NCBI GenBank assembly: GCA_964035545.1
Contig: OZ037768.1
Coordinates: forward strand, 2,512,741 to 2,576,740
DNA: 64,000 nt
Origin: Bugula neritina
Taxonomy: Eukaryota; Animalia; Bryozoa
Direction: 5' to 3'
In this document: positions 46,901 to 60,100 of the stretch, one piece after another
How the letters are laid out: the number at the start of each line of letters is the position of its first letter
Numbering within the stretch: the first letter of the stretch is position 1
Notes under the pieces: model-generated
What the model saw: the letters and a program-made list of their open reading frames with translations, nothing else
What the model was told of the DNA's origin: nothing
The model's database searches: none
Translations under genes and position numbers: made by a program

Positions 46901-49900
46901 GAGCAACCAGCTGTTTCAACATCATAAAGTAAATAGACTGAGTAGAATATCATAAATAGATTGAGTACCTATCTCTAGAATTCTCTCCCCTGGTCTCTGG
47001 GCCCTCCATGAATCAATTTGTTCACGCTCCGTATACTGAAGCCTTTTATCATGGAAGAAGACTTTGATGTAACTCTACAACACAGTAGTATAACTGTGAC
47101 TATCAACTAGTAGTATGACTGTAACTAATGACTAGTAGTATGACTGTGACTAATGACTAGTAGTATGACTGTGACTAATGACTAGTAGTATGACTATGAC
47201 CAACGGCTGGTAGTATGACTGTGACTATGAACCAGTAGTAATACTGTGACTATTGACTAGTGGTATTACTATGACTAATGAATAGCAGTATGACTGTGAC
47301 TGCAAACTAGTAATAAATCACTGAATGGATTAGGGTAGGCAGCCACTTTTGTTTATTGACCACTCAAGTTTTACCAACACAAAGACAATAATGTACAGAT
47401 GGAAGAGAGAAATGTACCCAATTCTACTGACTGAAAACACGTGATGGTGGACACAGTGAGGTGACTTGGCTAGCATACCAAAGTTCAACTCTGTAGTCTG
47501 AACGTAACTCTACTGATTCAAGTAAATAATAAATTAAATACTGATAATGGCGTATTTGATGGCAAACCATAGAAAGCCGTGCCAAGCATTTATCATCAAA
47601 AATACATTCTGGCACTGTGCCAGCTGGTTCGTACAGCAGGACAGGATCAGCCTATAATTTTTAGTTGATAAACAAAGCGATGATACGGCACACCCATCAC
47701 ACGCCCTCCCGACTCAGCCTATCACACCGTAAACCAAAACGACACTTCACGCCTATTGGCTAGACGAATATAGGTCAGTATCACACGTGTATAATTATTG
47801 AAGTGAAAAACAAAAAGCCACAGACTGATAGCTGAAGATGGACACACAAAGCTATCATATACAAGTGCCTAGTAATAACGACACTGAACTTTACTGTGGG
47901 GAAACACATTCTAGAAACTGTAGTCAACATGTGGGGTTACTGTATTACCCACCATAGCAAAATCTAGGATACTTAAGCTAGGGTGTTTAGTTAAGGACTC
48001 CCCCTCATTTCACGCAGCATATTATTGATGACAAGAAATAGACTTTGCACCTTCTATCTATTAGAAGTAATGTAACAGAAAGGTCAAGCAAACACTTGAT
48101 GATGCAAATACTAGCCTCTCTAACTTTGCAAAATGAAAGCCAAAATAAACCAGAATTGCATCAGAGATGTACACCCACTGCTCTATATTAACTACAGTCA
48201 ACAAATAGCAGGGCAAACAAACTGAGGTGGTGGATGAGGACTCAGTTGGTGACAATATAGTGAAGTGAATAAACAGGTACTTGCTAGTCCACCATTGTTA
48301 TCACAAACTAGAATAGTGAAGCATGGTGACACATCTAAAATAATAGTTATTATGGAACTATTGGTGACACCTTTTGACACTAAATCTTACAATGACACTC
48401 CTTGGCACTTACAAAATGCCGCCTTATGACACTATAACTTACAAAATGACACATATTGACACTACATTTTACAATAATATGACACCTAATGACACCAAAT
48501 CTGACTACATGATACCTGACCACACACAATATTATTGAGGTAGCTGCACCCACCTTGAAGTACTTGCCAGTGTCATGCTGGCTGCCCCCAATTTTCTTCA
48601 CTTTCAGCTCATAGGCCTGACCTTGATTGAGATAGGTGAGAGTTTCTTCGTTCACTTTGGTAGCGGGAGAGGTCGGGGCCGACAGCACGTATTGAAACCT
48701 GCAGGTTTGGGAGACACTTGATAAAAATCAACACTGTTCACGGCAGCATGATGAGTGGTGACATTACACTACACTGGGCCAAAGCTAATGTAACATTGTA
48801 TGGCAGCAAATTTAGATTGCCTTAGTATTTGTGAGCCAAAAATCGCATTGCAACACCCACTGTAACACTGCACTTGTACTATGGCAGCTTACAAACATTC
48901 ATTTACCCCACAAGCATAATAATTACATTATTTTGGCATCACATTTACTACAGTATATGCAGTGGTTAGTAAAATAACATGGAGGGTGGCAGCTGCAAGC
49001 AATAAGTGACTGAAGTCAATGGAGTGACCTGGTCAGTATAGTTGTGAGTGGAAGCTAAGTAGCACAAAGTTAGACTGGGGGTAGAGTTGAGTAGATGGGG
49101 GTAGAAGTGAGTAGATGGGGGTAGAAGTGAGTAGAGGGGTTGAGTAGGGGAGGGTTGAGTAGGCGGGGTTGAGTAGAGGGGTTGAATAGGCATACTTACG
49201 ATATTTGACCTCCATTAAATACAGGAAGAGCCAGCAGTGCATCACTACAAAAATAAAGCAGTTATTTTCAAATTATTAACATAATTTCAAAATGATAAAA
49301 ATACTTGCCCTGGTTGCTATGTTTACCATCAAATGGATTAATTGGCTCAGCTCCAAATAGGTATGATGGTAAAAAGTGGTACAACGGTAGAACAATTAGA
49401 ATAAAATATAGCAGGTTACCAGGGGTGAGAACACATAGCAGAGATACCGTTTGCAAAGACTGTGTGAATTGAGAGTGTGAATGATTGAAGTGATATTATT
49501 TGCAACTTGGGCAGTGTTAGTGCTGATTTATTTCTTACATCAGATTATGACTTTCAGTTGGAGTGCAAGTTGAGCTTGCAGATTTCTAAAGTCAAAATCT
49601 GTGTTAGAAGAGCCATTTTGAAATTAGCATAACTACACCAACACCTGAGTGAGTGAGAGATTGAGGTAAGTGCAGTAATGGAGAAAAGCCGCGTTCTAGA
49701 TTAGAACTGTAGAAAAAGAAGCTGTTAAAAAAACTAAAGAACTTAGGCTATTACATTTCCTCCATTGTTAGGAGTGAGATAGTTGATGGGTGAGTGTGAG
49801 CTACTGATAGAGAGTTAGGAGTGAGTGAGTTAGGAGTGAGTGAGTTAGGAGTGAGTGAGTTAGGAGTGTGAGTTACTGCTAGAGAGTTGGTGAAACCACA

Positions 49901-52534
49901 AGCTGAAATTACTGCAAAGAGAGAAAGCCCTTGCAGTTATATCTGGCAAGTGTATAGTTTACGAAATTATCATAATATTATGCACTGCTGCTGTGCCAGG
50001 GGCTGGCTGTGTTAATATGGAGATTTCAGTTATCCATAAATAAGCTGTTAGCCAAACAGTAACTAAAATAGTTGCACAATAGTGAATAAAATGTAGTAAC
50101 TGGTCAATGTATTCACTCAAATCAACAATTCTCATTACAAATAGCAAGAGAAAGGTTTATAAAAATATTTATGACATGGGATACACAAGATCACAAAGTG
50201 CAAACCAACATAGTTATATGAAATTACGTCAACCATGTAAAAATAGTAGCAAAATAACCAAAATAGTGATTTGCTCATTTTAGAAGACATGTTTTGTAAA
50301 GAAGCACATTGTCGAGCTGAGAGCACTTTTGGTGACTTAAGGGAATTCTCAACAGGATTAACCTGCGTCAAACTAAGCCCATGAATGCATTTTCTAGGGA
50401 GGTGTGAAAGCTGCGTATAAACTATAATAGCAAGAGCTTAGTTAAACTATCATGGTGGACGCAAAAGAATTCTTAGTAAAGTTGGGTGAAATCTTGTGAA
50501 ATATTCCAGTGGTAGTTTAACTAGAAATTCCATTATCTCCTTTATGAAAAAAAAAAATTACATAAATAACAACCAATAAATAATAAATAAGAACCAATAA
50601 ATAACCTCATATTGTATGGAATGCCAGCCAGATCCATTCCCAAACCTGAAAGGGAACCATCAAAGTCAGCAGCTAGTTCATTATCATCTACTCTCCAATC
50701 AGCTGGAAGAGCAGACCTGCTATGACTCCCAACAAGTGAATTCTCAACTGAAGACGTTATCAACGGCAATTGGAAAAATGATTGAATTTTACTGTCTCTG
50801 CTTATAGCCATCGGGTTGTGCCCTAACAACTACAAAACAGAACATACACCTTCTACTTTCATTACACCAAAAAGGCAAGTTCCGGTCATTAGAATATATA
50901 TGTCAGGAGATTGGCACTTTGACAACTTCTGAGTATTCTTTAGACTTGGCATGACAATAATGTGACCACGACAATCTCTTACATTCATTTGAGAATACAG
51001 TGAAACAGAAAAATTAGCAACCCGCTAATCATTACACTTTAGGATTAGATGTCAGCAATTCAAGCTCTAAACCAAATAGCTACCCACCCCTATTACATAA
51101 CCACTATAGATAATAGTGCATAACTGTACAGATTGCAAAGTATTATTTACTAGCACAAACATTCAGTAAAGGTTTTGAAGACGTGTACTTGTAGACCACG
51201 TAAGCCAAAAATTCAACTGCCAGCTTTAATAAAAACATTTGTAAAAATTTGGTTAACTTTAAGTTGCCACTTTAAACTGTGAACAGCAATAGCTTTTTCT
51301 TAAGCCATGTTCACTAAAACAATAAAACGGGAAAGTTGAAATATAAGAGCCTCTGTGAAATGAAAATACATTCGTGATTGAGGCCTAGACTGATATGTTG
51401 GTCATGTTAATGGCTGGTATATTATGCTATCATTAGTTTAGCTAATAGTAATATTTAACCCAACACTAACACTAAATGGAGTGGAACACGGCAACTTTTT
51501 AAAACACAAAATTTACTGGTAGTGGTGTTTAAAACTAAAAAAGTACTCTGCTATTTCTTTGAAGTATAGAATTGAATTATTATTTTTAACTTTACCAACT
51601 TTGGGTATGAAACAAATTCCCTATTTTAATTTGTTGTCAGAATTTTGTCATTCAGTTTCACTGTTCAGTTCGATTTTTACTCTTAAATCTTACTTTTAGT
51701 CATAGTAATAACCCTAATAATCTCTACATATGATTATGATATATATAATAATAAAACATAACAATCACATTACTAAAATAAAACTTGAATTTGATATACA
51801 TTTACATTATTAATTTAAATTATATTATATTTTTATTTATTATAGCAATAAAATAATTTTAAATATAATATTAATACAAATTGTTATTCACTATCACTTT
51901 AACTTTAAGTTTATGATTGTCATAATCATAATGACAATGTTAACTATAATAAAATTATGACAACTGATTAGTGACTTGGATTAGAAACCATTAATTACTT
52001 ATATTTATACTTTAAGTTTAACTTACACTCATAATTATAAATAGTGTTAGTGAAAATGTATTATATAACGACAATTCAAATAGTATTAGTATTACTAATA
52101 GTAATAGTAATAGTAATACTAATAGTAATAGTAATACTAATAGTAATACACTAATTTACTGAGTAATAGGTTAATACTATAGCAATACTTATACTAAGTC
52201 TAATACTATTACTATTAGTAATACTAATAGTAATAGCAATACTACTTTTATTAGTATTAGTATTAGCAATTAGGCAAATAAATGGCAATAGCATTTTGTC
52301 GGTAATTCTTATTCAAAGTTTAAGTTACGAGTACAACTAGTGAACTACTATATTATTATTTATAATTATAAGTATAACTACTATAATTATATCAACTTTA
52401 AATACAAAACTAATTAATCTCATGTTGCAACTTTTATTGTATTTGTTATAATTATTGAGAATTTACGGAATTCAATTATACAACTACAAGTGTAACTTAG
52501 AGTTAGTAGTAGTACTAGTACTTACTGCGTTCAT
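40919..52534 (-). CDS. TFCP2: Transcription factor CP2/LSF (gemini) family: CP2 DNA-binding domain plus SAM domain
   Basis: Exons 52534-52526 (tentative start MNA), 50829-50606, 49244-49200, 48698-48554, 47074-46969, 46805-46699, 45967-45818, 45223-45155, 44922-44735, 42822-42771, 42207-42096, 41766-41626, 41355-41161, 40971-40919. Motifs [89 protein letters not shown]. Confidence 0.96.
41770..41985 (-). repeat. 28-bp minisatellite, about 8 copies, abutting a TFCP2 acceptor
   Basis: Plus-strand unit acatcaacagtgtataccaggtgtcaac; the last partial unit supplies the acceptor context actgttgatgtatag|GT at 41767. Confidence 0.95.
42228..42322. repeat. 19-22 bp minisatellite just upstream of the TFCP2 acceptor at 42208
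   Basis: tactatgacagtgtaggtg and variants, about 5 copies. Confidence 0.85.
42383..42593. mobile_element. Possible degenerate Tc1/pogo-type MITE
   Basis: TA-flanked imperfect inverted ends caatgctccctccgta and tatggcgggagcactc; locally richer in GC and CpG than the surrounding intron. Confidence 0.35.
42945..44381. repeat. 14-bp satellite (acagtgtagtgtag)n, about 89 apparently identical copies from 43131, with 16-bp variant units at the left edge
   Basis: Uninterrupted array within TFCP2 intron 42823-44734; variant acactatagaatatag at 42945-43130. Confidence 0.99.
47085..47312. repeat. About 25-bp minisatellite directly upstream of the TFCP2 acceptor at 47075
   Basis: actagtagtatgactgtgactaatg and variants, about 9 copies. 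Confidence 0.9.
49078..49188. repeat. G-rich degenerate repeat directly downstream of the TFCP2 donor at 49200
   Basis: gagtagatgggggtagaagt and gagtagaggggtt units. Confidence 0.8.
49812..49873. repeat. 15-bp tandem repeat (gagttaggagtgagt), about 4 copies
   Basis: Read directly from the sequence. Confidence 0.85.
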
Positions 52535-55500
52535 GACAAAGTAAAGTCAAACACAAAGGACGACTTTAGACTTTGTCAAATTTAAATTGGTTGATGACCA
52601 AGGCGTTTTAATTATATTCTATCCATCTTAAAAGTTATTTTCACAATTTGACAATTATAATGCACGGTAAATATTAAGAGTAAATTAACAGAAAAATTGA
52701 AGAAAACTTAATCTCAATTTGCTTCTTGAGACTGAGCTGGTACGATAACCATAACATCGCGAAAGTAAAGGTGACACAGTTACGCCTTTGCTCATCTGAA
52801 CTGGTTTTAATGCAAATGAACAATTTGAAATTTCGTTGAAACGTTTGTTGACAATAAATTTGCCCCACAAGCTAACTTACACGATTTGGCGAATCACCAC
52901 GCTGATTGCATAAGTTACGAAAACTATGGATCAAACTTCTCACTTTACAAAATCATTTCTCTGAAAAGATAACTCTTAAAAATAAAAATTTTCTTATTAT
53001 GGTACATCTTGTTATATAAAACTGCACATTGCAAGATAGAACATTATGGCAATTAACTGCATGGTATAAAAAATGTAGCTTATAACATTTAATATTTTAG
53101 AAAAAAAAGTAGAAGCTAGAAATGCAGTCTATGAATTTGAAATATACTTAAAAGGTTTGAAAAATAAATTCATCAAAATGTATCAAACTGACATTCAAAC
53201 AAGACTGCCACTATTATTTTATTGTAACATAGTAAGCTTTGAAAAGGGTAAAAGTCAAAAATATTTGTTTGAAAAGTTTACTGAAATTATTAGCATGTAG
53301 GTGAAAAGGCTTATTTCTAATATATATTCTGTATTTATATAACTGTACTCTGCCACATATTACTTAATTAAATATTCATGAGATATTGAGTCTGTGGTAT
53401 TGGTAATTTGAGTAGAAAGTCATTGCCCTTTGTATGCTTTGAGTAAAATATTAGCTAATTAAAATATCATTAACTGTTGATATAAGATATATTATATATA
53501 ATTATCAAACATTGGTTAGGTGTGAAACTCACCTAATATAGATTAATATAGTAGTCTGGGTTGAATTGAGTTATTCAAGATACTTCTATGTGTCAGTGTA
53601 ACAAGATTCCACATCTGAATATTTTATTAACTTTCTGTAAACATTGTCAACTATCTTGTGGCAGCAAGTCATGACTTTTCATTTCTTAACTAAAGATTTT
53701 ATGACAATTTTATGACAAAAAATAAATCTTCCATGGTATGCAATTACGTATATTCATTATACCTAAAACCCAAACAGGTATATTTTCTCTTTGCATGCGT
53801 ATAATTATCAAAATGTATAATGAACTTTATGCTTTATTCTTAAAAATTTAATAAACACTTTTTTTCAAAGTTTATTTAAAAACATACATCGACATAGTGT
53901 ACATAGTCTACGTATAGTTCATGTTATACTATTGCTATCACTTAATCACATGTAGAAACTCGAATCTGTGGAGTTGTGTTTCTTTTTGAAACACATTAAG
54001 CGTCTGTAATGATTGAAGTATAAAAATAATTTACAGAAACCATCTATTATAAATGGTGGTGAATTCCTCGTACACAAGTGACTCAGTTTTATTTTCAAAA
54101 GATTAGTTGACTTTAGCAAGAGCCACAGTAGTTTTAATTGTAATAGAATATTATTTTCTTGTCTGAATGCAACATTTCTTAAAAAATAGGGTGGGCCACA
54201 AAAAAGCAAAGATCATGTCTTGCAAGCTAATGTTTCTAGGAGCCAAAAAATTGTACGAGTATATATTCCAAGAAATATTTTAGCTGAAATAACCTCAATT
54301 CAAAATGAACTAGCTTTGTTGGAACAAGCTTCAGGTACCAGAATAGCATATATTTTAAATAATTTACATGCTTTTTAGACATACATAAAACTTAAAATAC
54401 ACTCAATACAGCAAACATTATTTTGTGCGTCTGATAACTTCAGACTTATAGTTCTTGTAACTTATAACTCTCTGAGCTCTATAATATGTTTATTTAAAGT
54501 ATAACAAGATCATTAGAGCTTGTAGACATCATTGTAAATTACTACTAGGGATTCGGTAACAGCCATCTTGAATAAAATTTCTCTGCCCTGTGTTTACTGT
54601 TTAACTGATTTCAAAGATCACAACATTTGAAAGATTAGAATAATTTTAAGACTGAGCTTAAAGTCCTGAGGGAGTTTATTTAGCAGATTTATTGATCCAA
54701 GTGACAGCCTGAAGCGGGTACTTGGCACATGTGCACACACTGCAATGTTTGCATAGGGCTGCCAACTGTAATGTATATACATCTAACTGTAATTATTGGT
54801 CATAAATGGTAATATGTTAAATATACTGCGTACATGCGGTCAGTTGTTACACAAGACTCGCTGCCTGAATGAGTTGTAGAGTTGCTGCTGAAAGGACGGC
54901 ACAGACAGACTTAAACCTGGAAGGAAAAGCTCTTGCTTCAATATAATAAACCTAAATATGTAAGTTAGCCTAGTTTTGCCTGCAGTTAAAACATAAGCTA
55001 CTTTAGTTTACCTGCAGTCATATGCAGATTCTGGTGAATAAAAAGATTGTACATGCAAAATTATTTTTAACTTGCGTGAACTTTTTTATGGATACTAACT
55101 TTGGATAAAATATTGACAGCAGACTGCATAATATAGGATGAAGCTACGTGAAATTTAATGATTTTTTCTGTAATTATTTATCAAAACACTATATAAGGCT
55201 CTAATTATAGCTTTTACATAATAATTGCATACTATTTCATAATATTTGCATACTATTACATCGACACTTTGATGCTGAATGGGTTTAACACTCCATATAT
55301 GTATATCACATTGACATTACAAGTTAATCCTTTCTTTGATCTATACTCTGACATGGCTGCTACAGTTAAATAAAACTTGAGCTACCACAGATGTGTATGT
55401 AAAGCTTTTCTGAGTTCAACAGAAAGAAATCTAGCAACACATCATCCAGTTGAGGAAAACCCCAACTAGGGTCTTCTTGCTGTTTGTTATTCATCCATCT

Positions 55501-57178
55501 TTATTGTTTTCTAAATATTAACAATTAGTTTTACAGTTTGGCTAATCTATGATATTTTTAATATTAGTTGACTGTTTCAGTTTTATAAACAATTATCAAA
55601 ATTAATGCATTTATTAATATCTTAGCACATTTCAATATTCCAGGACAGCAGAAGTATCTAACTGTTATAACTGTGCATAAGTAAATAATATGCTTTTAGA
55701 GACCTGCATGTGTGAACTACACACACTAAGAGAGATTATTAGCTATTCATAGTTATTATTATTTCATTCAAACTTTGTATTTAGCTTTAAGTATTTATTC
55801 CCCTTCCTTCTACCAGCTTATTTACTCAGATTATAAAAATATTACAAAACTTTCAAATATCTTCTTTATAGAAAAAGTCAAGGACAATCAATAGTCAAAC
55901 TATCTTTAAAAGCCTTTGAACAATTTAGGCTTTTTTAACAGAATAAAATAGCTTTTAAGTAAATAAAGACTCTCCCATGGCATACAATGTTTTTTCTAAG
56001 GAACTAAAGCTTTCACGGGCAAATTAGCCCAGTTAGCTTTGCTTTGCTAATTTTGGTTATAGTTTTGCTTATAAGATTTTTCTCATCAGATACAGATTTT
56101 TGTGCCATAAACATTATCTAGAACTAAGGCTATAAAAGCTTGAACCCCCCCCCTAGAGTTTGGTAGTGTTTTCACCAATACTATTGTTACATAGCCATTA
56201 GTCTACCATGATACTAGTAGTTATTTATGAAGGCTTGTTTTAACATACTATCTTGTAAAGTGACTTTTTAAATTGTACGTCAACTGTTTTGGAGTAATTA
56301 TAGTGGAGCTAGGGAATAATGAATAGTATGAATATATAGCAGTTACTTCCTTTGTACTTTGTCATGGTACGTGTGAACAGCGGACCAAAGAGTCTTTCTC
56401 ATCCAATACAAATATCTAACATCTTGTGAGCAATTGTTTAAGTTGCTGATTATCAAAACACACATCTAGTTTATAAAATTCTATCTGGAATGTTACTAAA
56501 GGTAATCAATATTGTAATTGTTAATGTCTTTTGTTATCCGGCCATTATACACAGCAGTCAGTATCTTATTAATCTGAAGCTCCGTATATTAGCAGGTAAT
56601 AATTGCATGTAAACGGTCATCCTACTCACACATACAGTCTGTAAGTAAATGCTATTCTATATAAGCCTACTTTGTGCCCGTTATCTACTGCATATGCGTA
56701 AGTTCAAATATATTTTTTACAGTGCTTTGTTTAATATCGTAAATACTGAAGTAAAAATCAATTGCATGATATCATCCTGCTAACATACATGATGTAATAA
56801 TGTGCAGTTTAATGCTTGATTAAAATGGGAGACCACGAAGTCTGTTGACAAGATGCGATTTATTAAATTATTTGAAAAAATGATTTACAATTAAATGCTG
56901 CTCTGTAGCTTCATTTACTTTGCCCAAGCATGTAGTGCAATCATATTACTTTGAAAAAGCTCCTTCAGCTCTTTCTCTCTCCTTCTTTCCCTCTCTCTCT
57001 CCTTCTCCCCCTCTCTCTCTCTCCCTCTCTCTCTCCCCTTCTTCATGTATTATTTTATACCCAATTAGTCATGGCATCACACATTATGTTAATATAACCA
57101 TTTTTAGATGTTACACTCAATACCTCAATTGATAAGGATACCAAAGCCACTATCTGCTCAGAAGGACAATGAAGTGTC

Positions 57179-60100
57179 ATGACCTCCTGCTGTGACATGC
57201 TGACACACAGCTTCTTCTCACTCTACCTCTCAACTCTGCTCTCTTCTGCTCTAAGCACAGCTGATGATATACGGGACTTTGGGAGTCAAGTCTCTATTAT
57301 AGAGACAAACAGGTAAAACACTATGGTTTTGCCGTTGCTATAGTACTCAGAGGTTAGGCTGTGAGGTTAGATGTGAGTCTGTAACAACGGTGCCTAAAAT
57401 AGACATATGCTATGTCTGTTTATTAGCTTAAGCCAAAGCAACTTACCAAGCTTCTAATACTAAATTTATGGCAGGAGAGAGGAAAAAGAACAGGTAAGGG
57501 AAATCGGCAAGATCGGAATGGGGCGGAAGGGGAAGAGGTTGAAAAGCTAATCTTTGTGAAATATTGTTACATAAAACTGAAGTCAGCTTAACAGTTGTAA
57601 TCTGCTGCACTATGCAATAATTGTCACAGCCCAACAGATTCTGGAGAGTATGAATTACTCATGTCAGTAACTACAGTGTCAGTGGAGTTTATAGCGAGCC
57701 AAATAGGGTAGTAGAGACTTGCAATAACATGTGCAGAGCTAGTATTGTACAAGCAATGTGTTAGGAAGGAGATGTAATAGCAGCTATTAACACTACTTCA
57801 TATGCAGTATTTATTTTGAAAAATTGATTACTTTGCTCAACAACCTAAGGCTATATGTGAAAAAACAATGCTTGATTGACCATAGGCTATAACACTGACA
57901 AACTGATCTAACAATTACAAATTGTATTCTAGTTGTTTCTATTTTAAGAATAAGATTAGTATATAATGCTACTTCGAGTTATTTGTAAATTAGCAGTTTT
58001 TGTTGATTCACTGTTCTCAAACAAGATAGTTCTTACTTATTTTTTGCTTACATTTAATTTGACCTATCTAAATTTATTTTAACTTTTGATGAATGGCTTT
58101 TCTGCAGTTATGCATCTTATTTTATTTCTGTAATCCCTAGCTTACCCACTTTGGATGATGGACGTACTGTTGACAGCACATTGATGCCTTCAGTTGGGAA
58201 TGGGCACATAGCCACTGTGATATACAATGATACAATCTACATGAATGGACTTTACAATGGAGAGCTCAGTACGTGTATATAATATAATTATTACTAATCC
58301 CTAATAATTACTAATAACCTTCTGTCGAAATATACACACAGAGTAATATAATTTTGAATCCTCTATGAATATACTAAATGGTAAATAATGGTACATTTAG
58401 CTTGCTTAAGTTGGCAAAATTGTAGTGAGTAGTACAGAGAGTAGAGAATAAGTAGTGAGTGAGCAGTGTAATGAGTAATGAGTGAGTAGATAGTGAGTAG
58501 TATAGTGAGAGGAGAGTGAGCAGAGAGTGAGTACATTATGTTGGTCTGTTACTAGTCTTCAGCATACTTGAAACTAATCATACAATTTAAGAGAAGGGAG
58601 AAAATGTCCTCAAGTGTTTTCGGAGCATCATGCTATAATTAAACTGACAGATTTTTTTTATAGAAAGGGTGATCAGTTGAGTGAAAGATAACATTCACTA
58701 TGCAGTTATTTTCCTATTGTGTGCTTGAAGCATTTGCTCAAACTTGTCTTTTTGAGAAGTTTTTTGTCGGAATATTTATTAATTGCATTTATTTTGCTGA
58801 TCTGTGTTTTAATCTCAAAACATTTGACTGAGTTTGTCTGACACCATCCTTGCAGAAATATAATAAAACTGCATCTTCTTTGACCAAAGAAGACATAACA
58901 CAGTATAATAATAGTCTTTAACCTGTAAGTTTAAAGTTTATCAAAATTTCAAATTGATTTGAGAAGCAAAGACAAGCTTTGTGGCATGCTAAACTGCCCT
59001 AACAGAGGCTGTTTTGATATATTAATGATAATTTGAGGCTGTTGTTCAAACTCTGCAAGCTTGTACTATGACTTGGCCATTCTACAGCAATACTCTAAAA
59101 ATACCTTATTTTAACTATAACCTATAAATAAAATGTATTTTAGGCGTATTAAAATTACTATAAAAAAGAGTAAAGCATATAATCATAGGGACATTTAGAC
59201 AAGCTTTACAGTTTGCTATGGGCAGTAAGGCAGCACAGCTTTGAGCTGTAGCATTATAATATTGTCCAATAATCTACTCTATTTGCTTAAATCTGAAACC
59301 AGATGCGGAGTCAATATATTTGAATACTTCCTGTTAATAGAGTGCGCATCCTGCATATTTTTATGGCGGTTATAAGTTTAAAGCTAGAGTTTGAAGAGCT
59401 TTTCAAGTTATTATTGAGTAAGGCTTTATGAAAAATGACCAGGCTTTTATATCTCAATAGCTTTGTTGTATGATTTTAGCAACATAAAAGCATGCATGAT
59501 AAATCTGGTTGCTTCTTCCATGCGTGCAAGCGAAAATGAAATTGATTTGCATTTACGTCTGTTATTCTAAAAATTAAAAAATCTGACCAATTGCGCCATT
59601 AAGCATGGTTCTAGCATGTGCAATGGTATTGTATTGCTACTGATTATTTTGTCAACAATTGCTTCTACAAACAATAATTCTACGTGCGGAAATTATTTTT
59701 AGCCAACATTACCTCTTTAATAGCCCGTTAATATTGGCCGACAGCCGTACAGCAAAGGTGGCGGTAAACTTAATCAATAAAAGTCAATATCTTTATTCAG
59801 ACTCCCACTCTGTTATTACTCACATTCCAACTTTTAGCAATACAAACTTACTATATTTCGAATTATTAATTGCAAATGCTAATGATACTTTTTCAATAGA
59901 ATATTGTTTAAATTTCAACTTAATACACTGTTATACTCTTGAAAAATTGTTGTTTTGCACATTCCTATAGTAGCCATGTGTAATGTAAAAGAAAATTAAT
60001 TAAAATGCATATTAGTAGCATTTAATAACTTATATTCGAATAAAGTAAAATAATGATAAAATTTCTACTTTCTGTAAATATGGTTAATAAAGAGATTTTT

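Noticed and set aside
49812-49873. TTAGG-containing repeat as an interstitial telomere
   Set aside because: The unit is 15 bp with TTAGGA, not contiguous TTAGGG or TTAGG.
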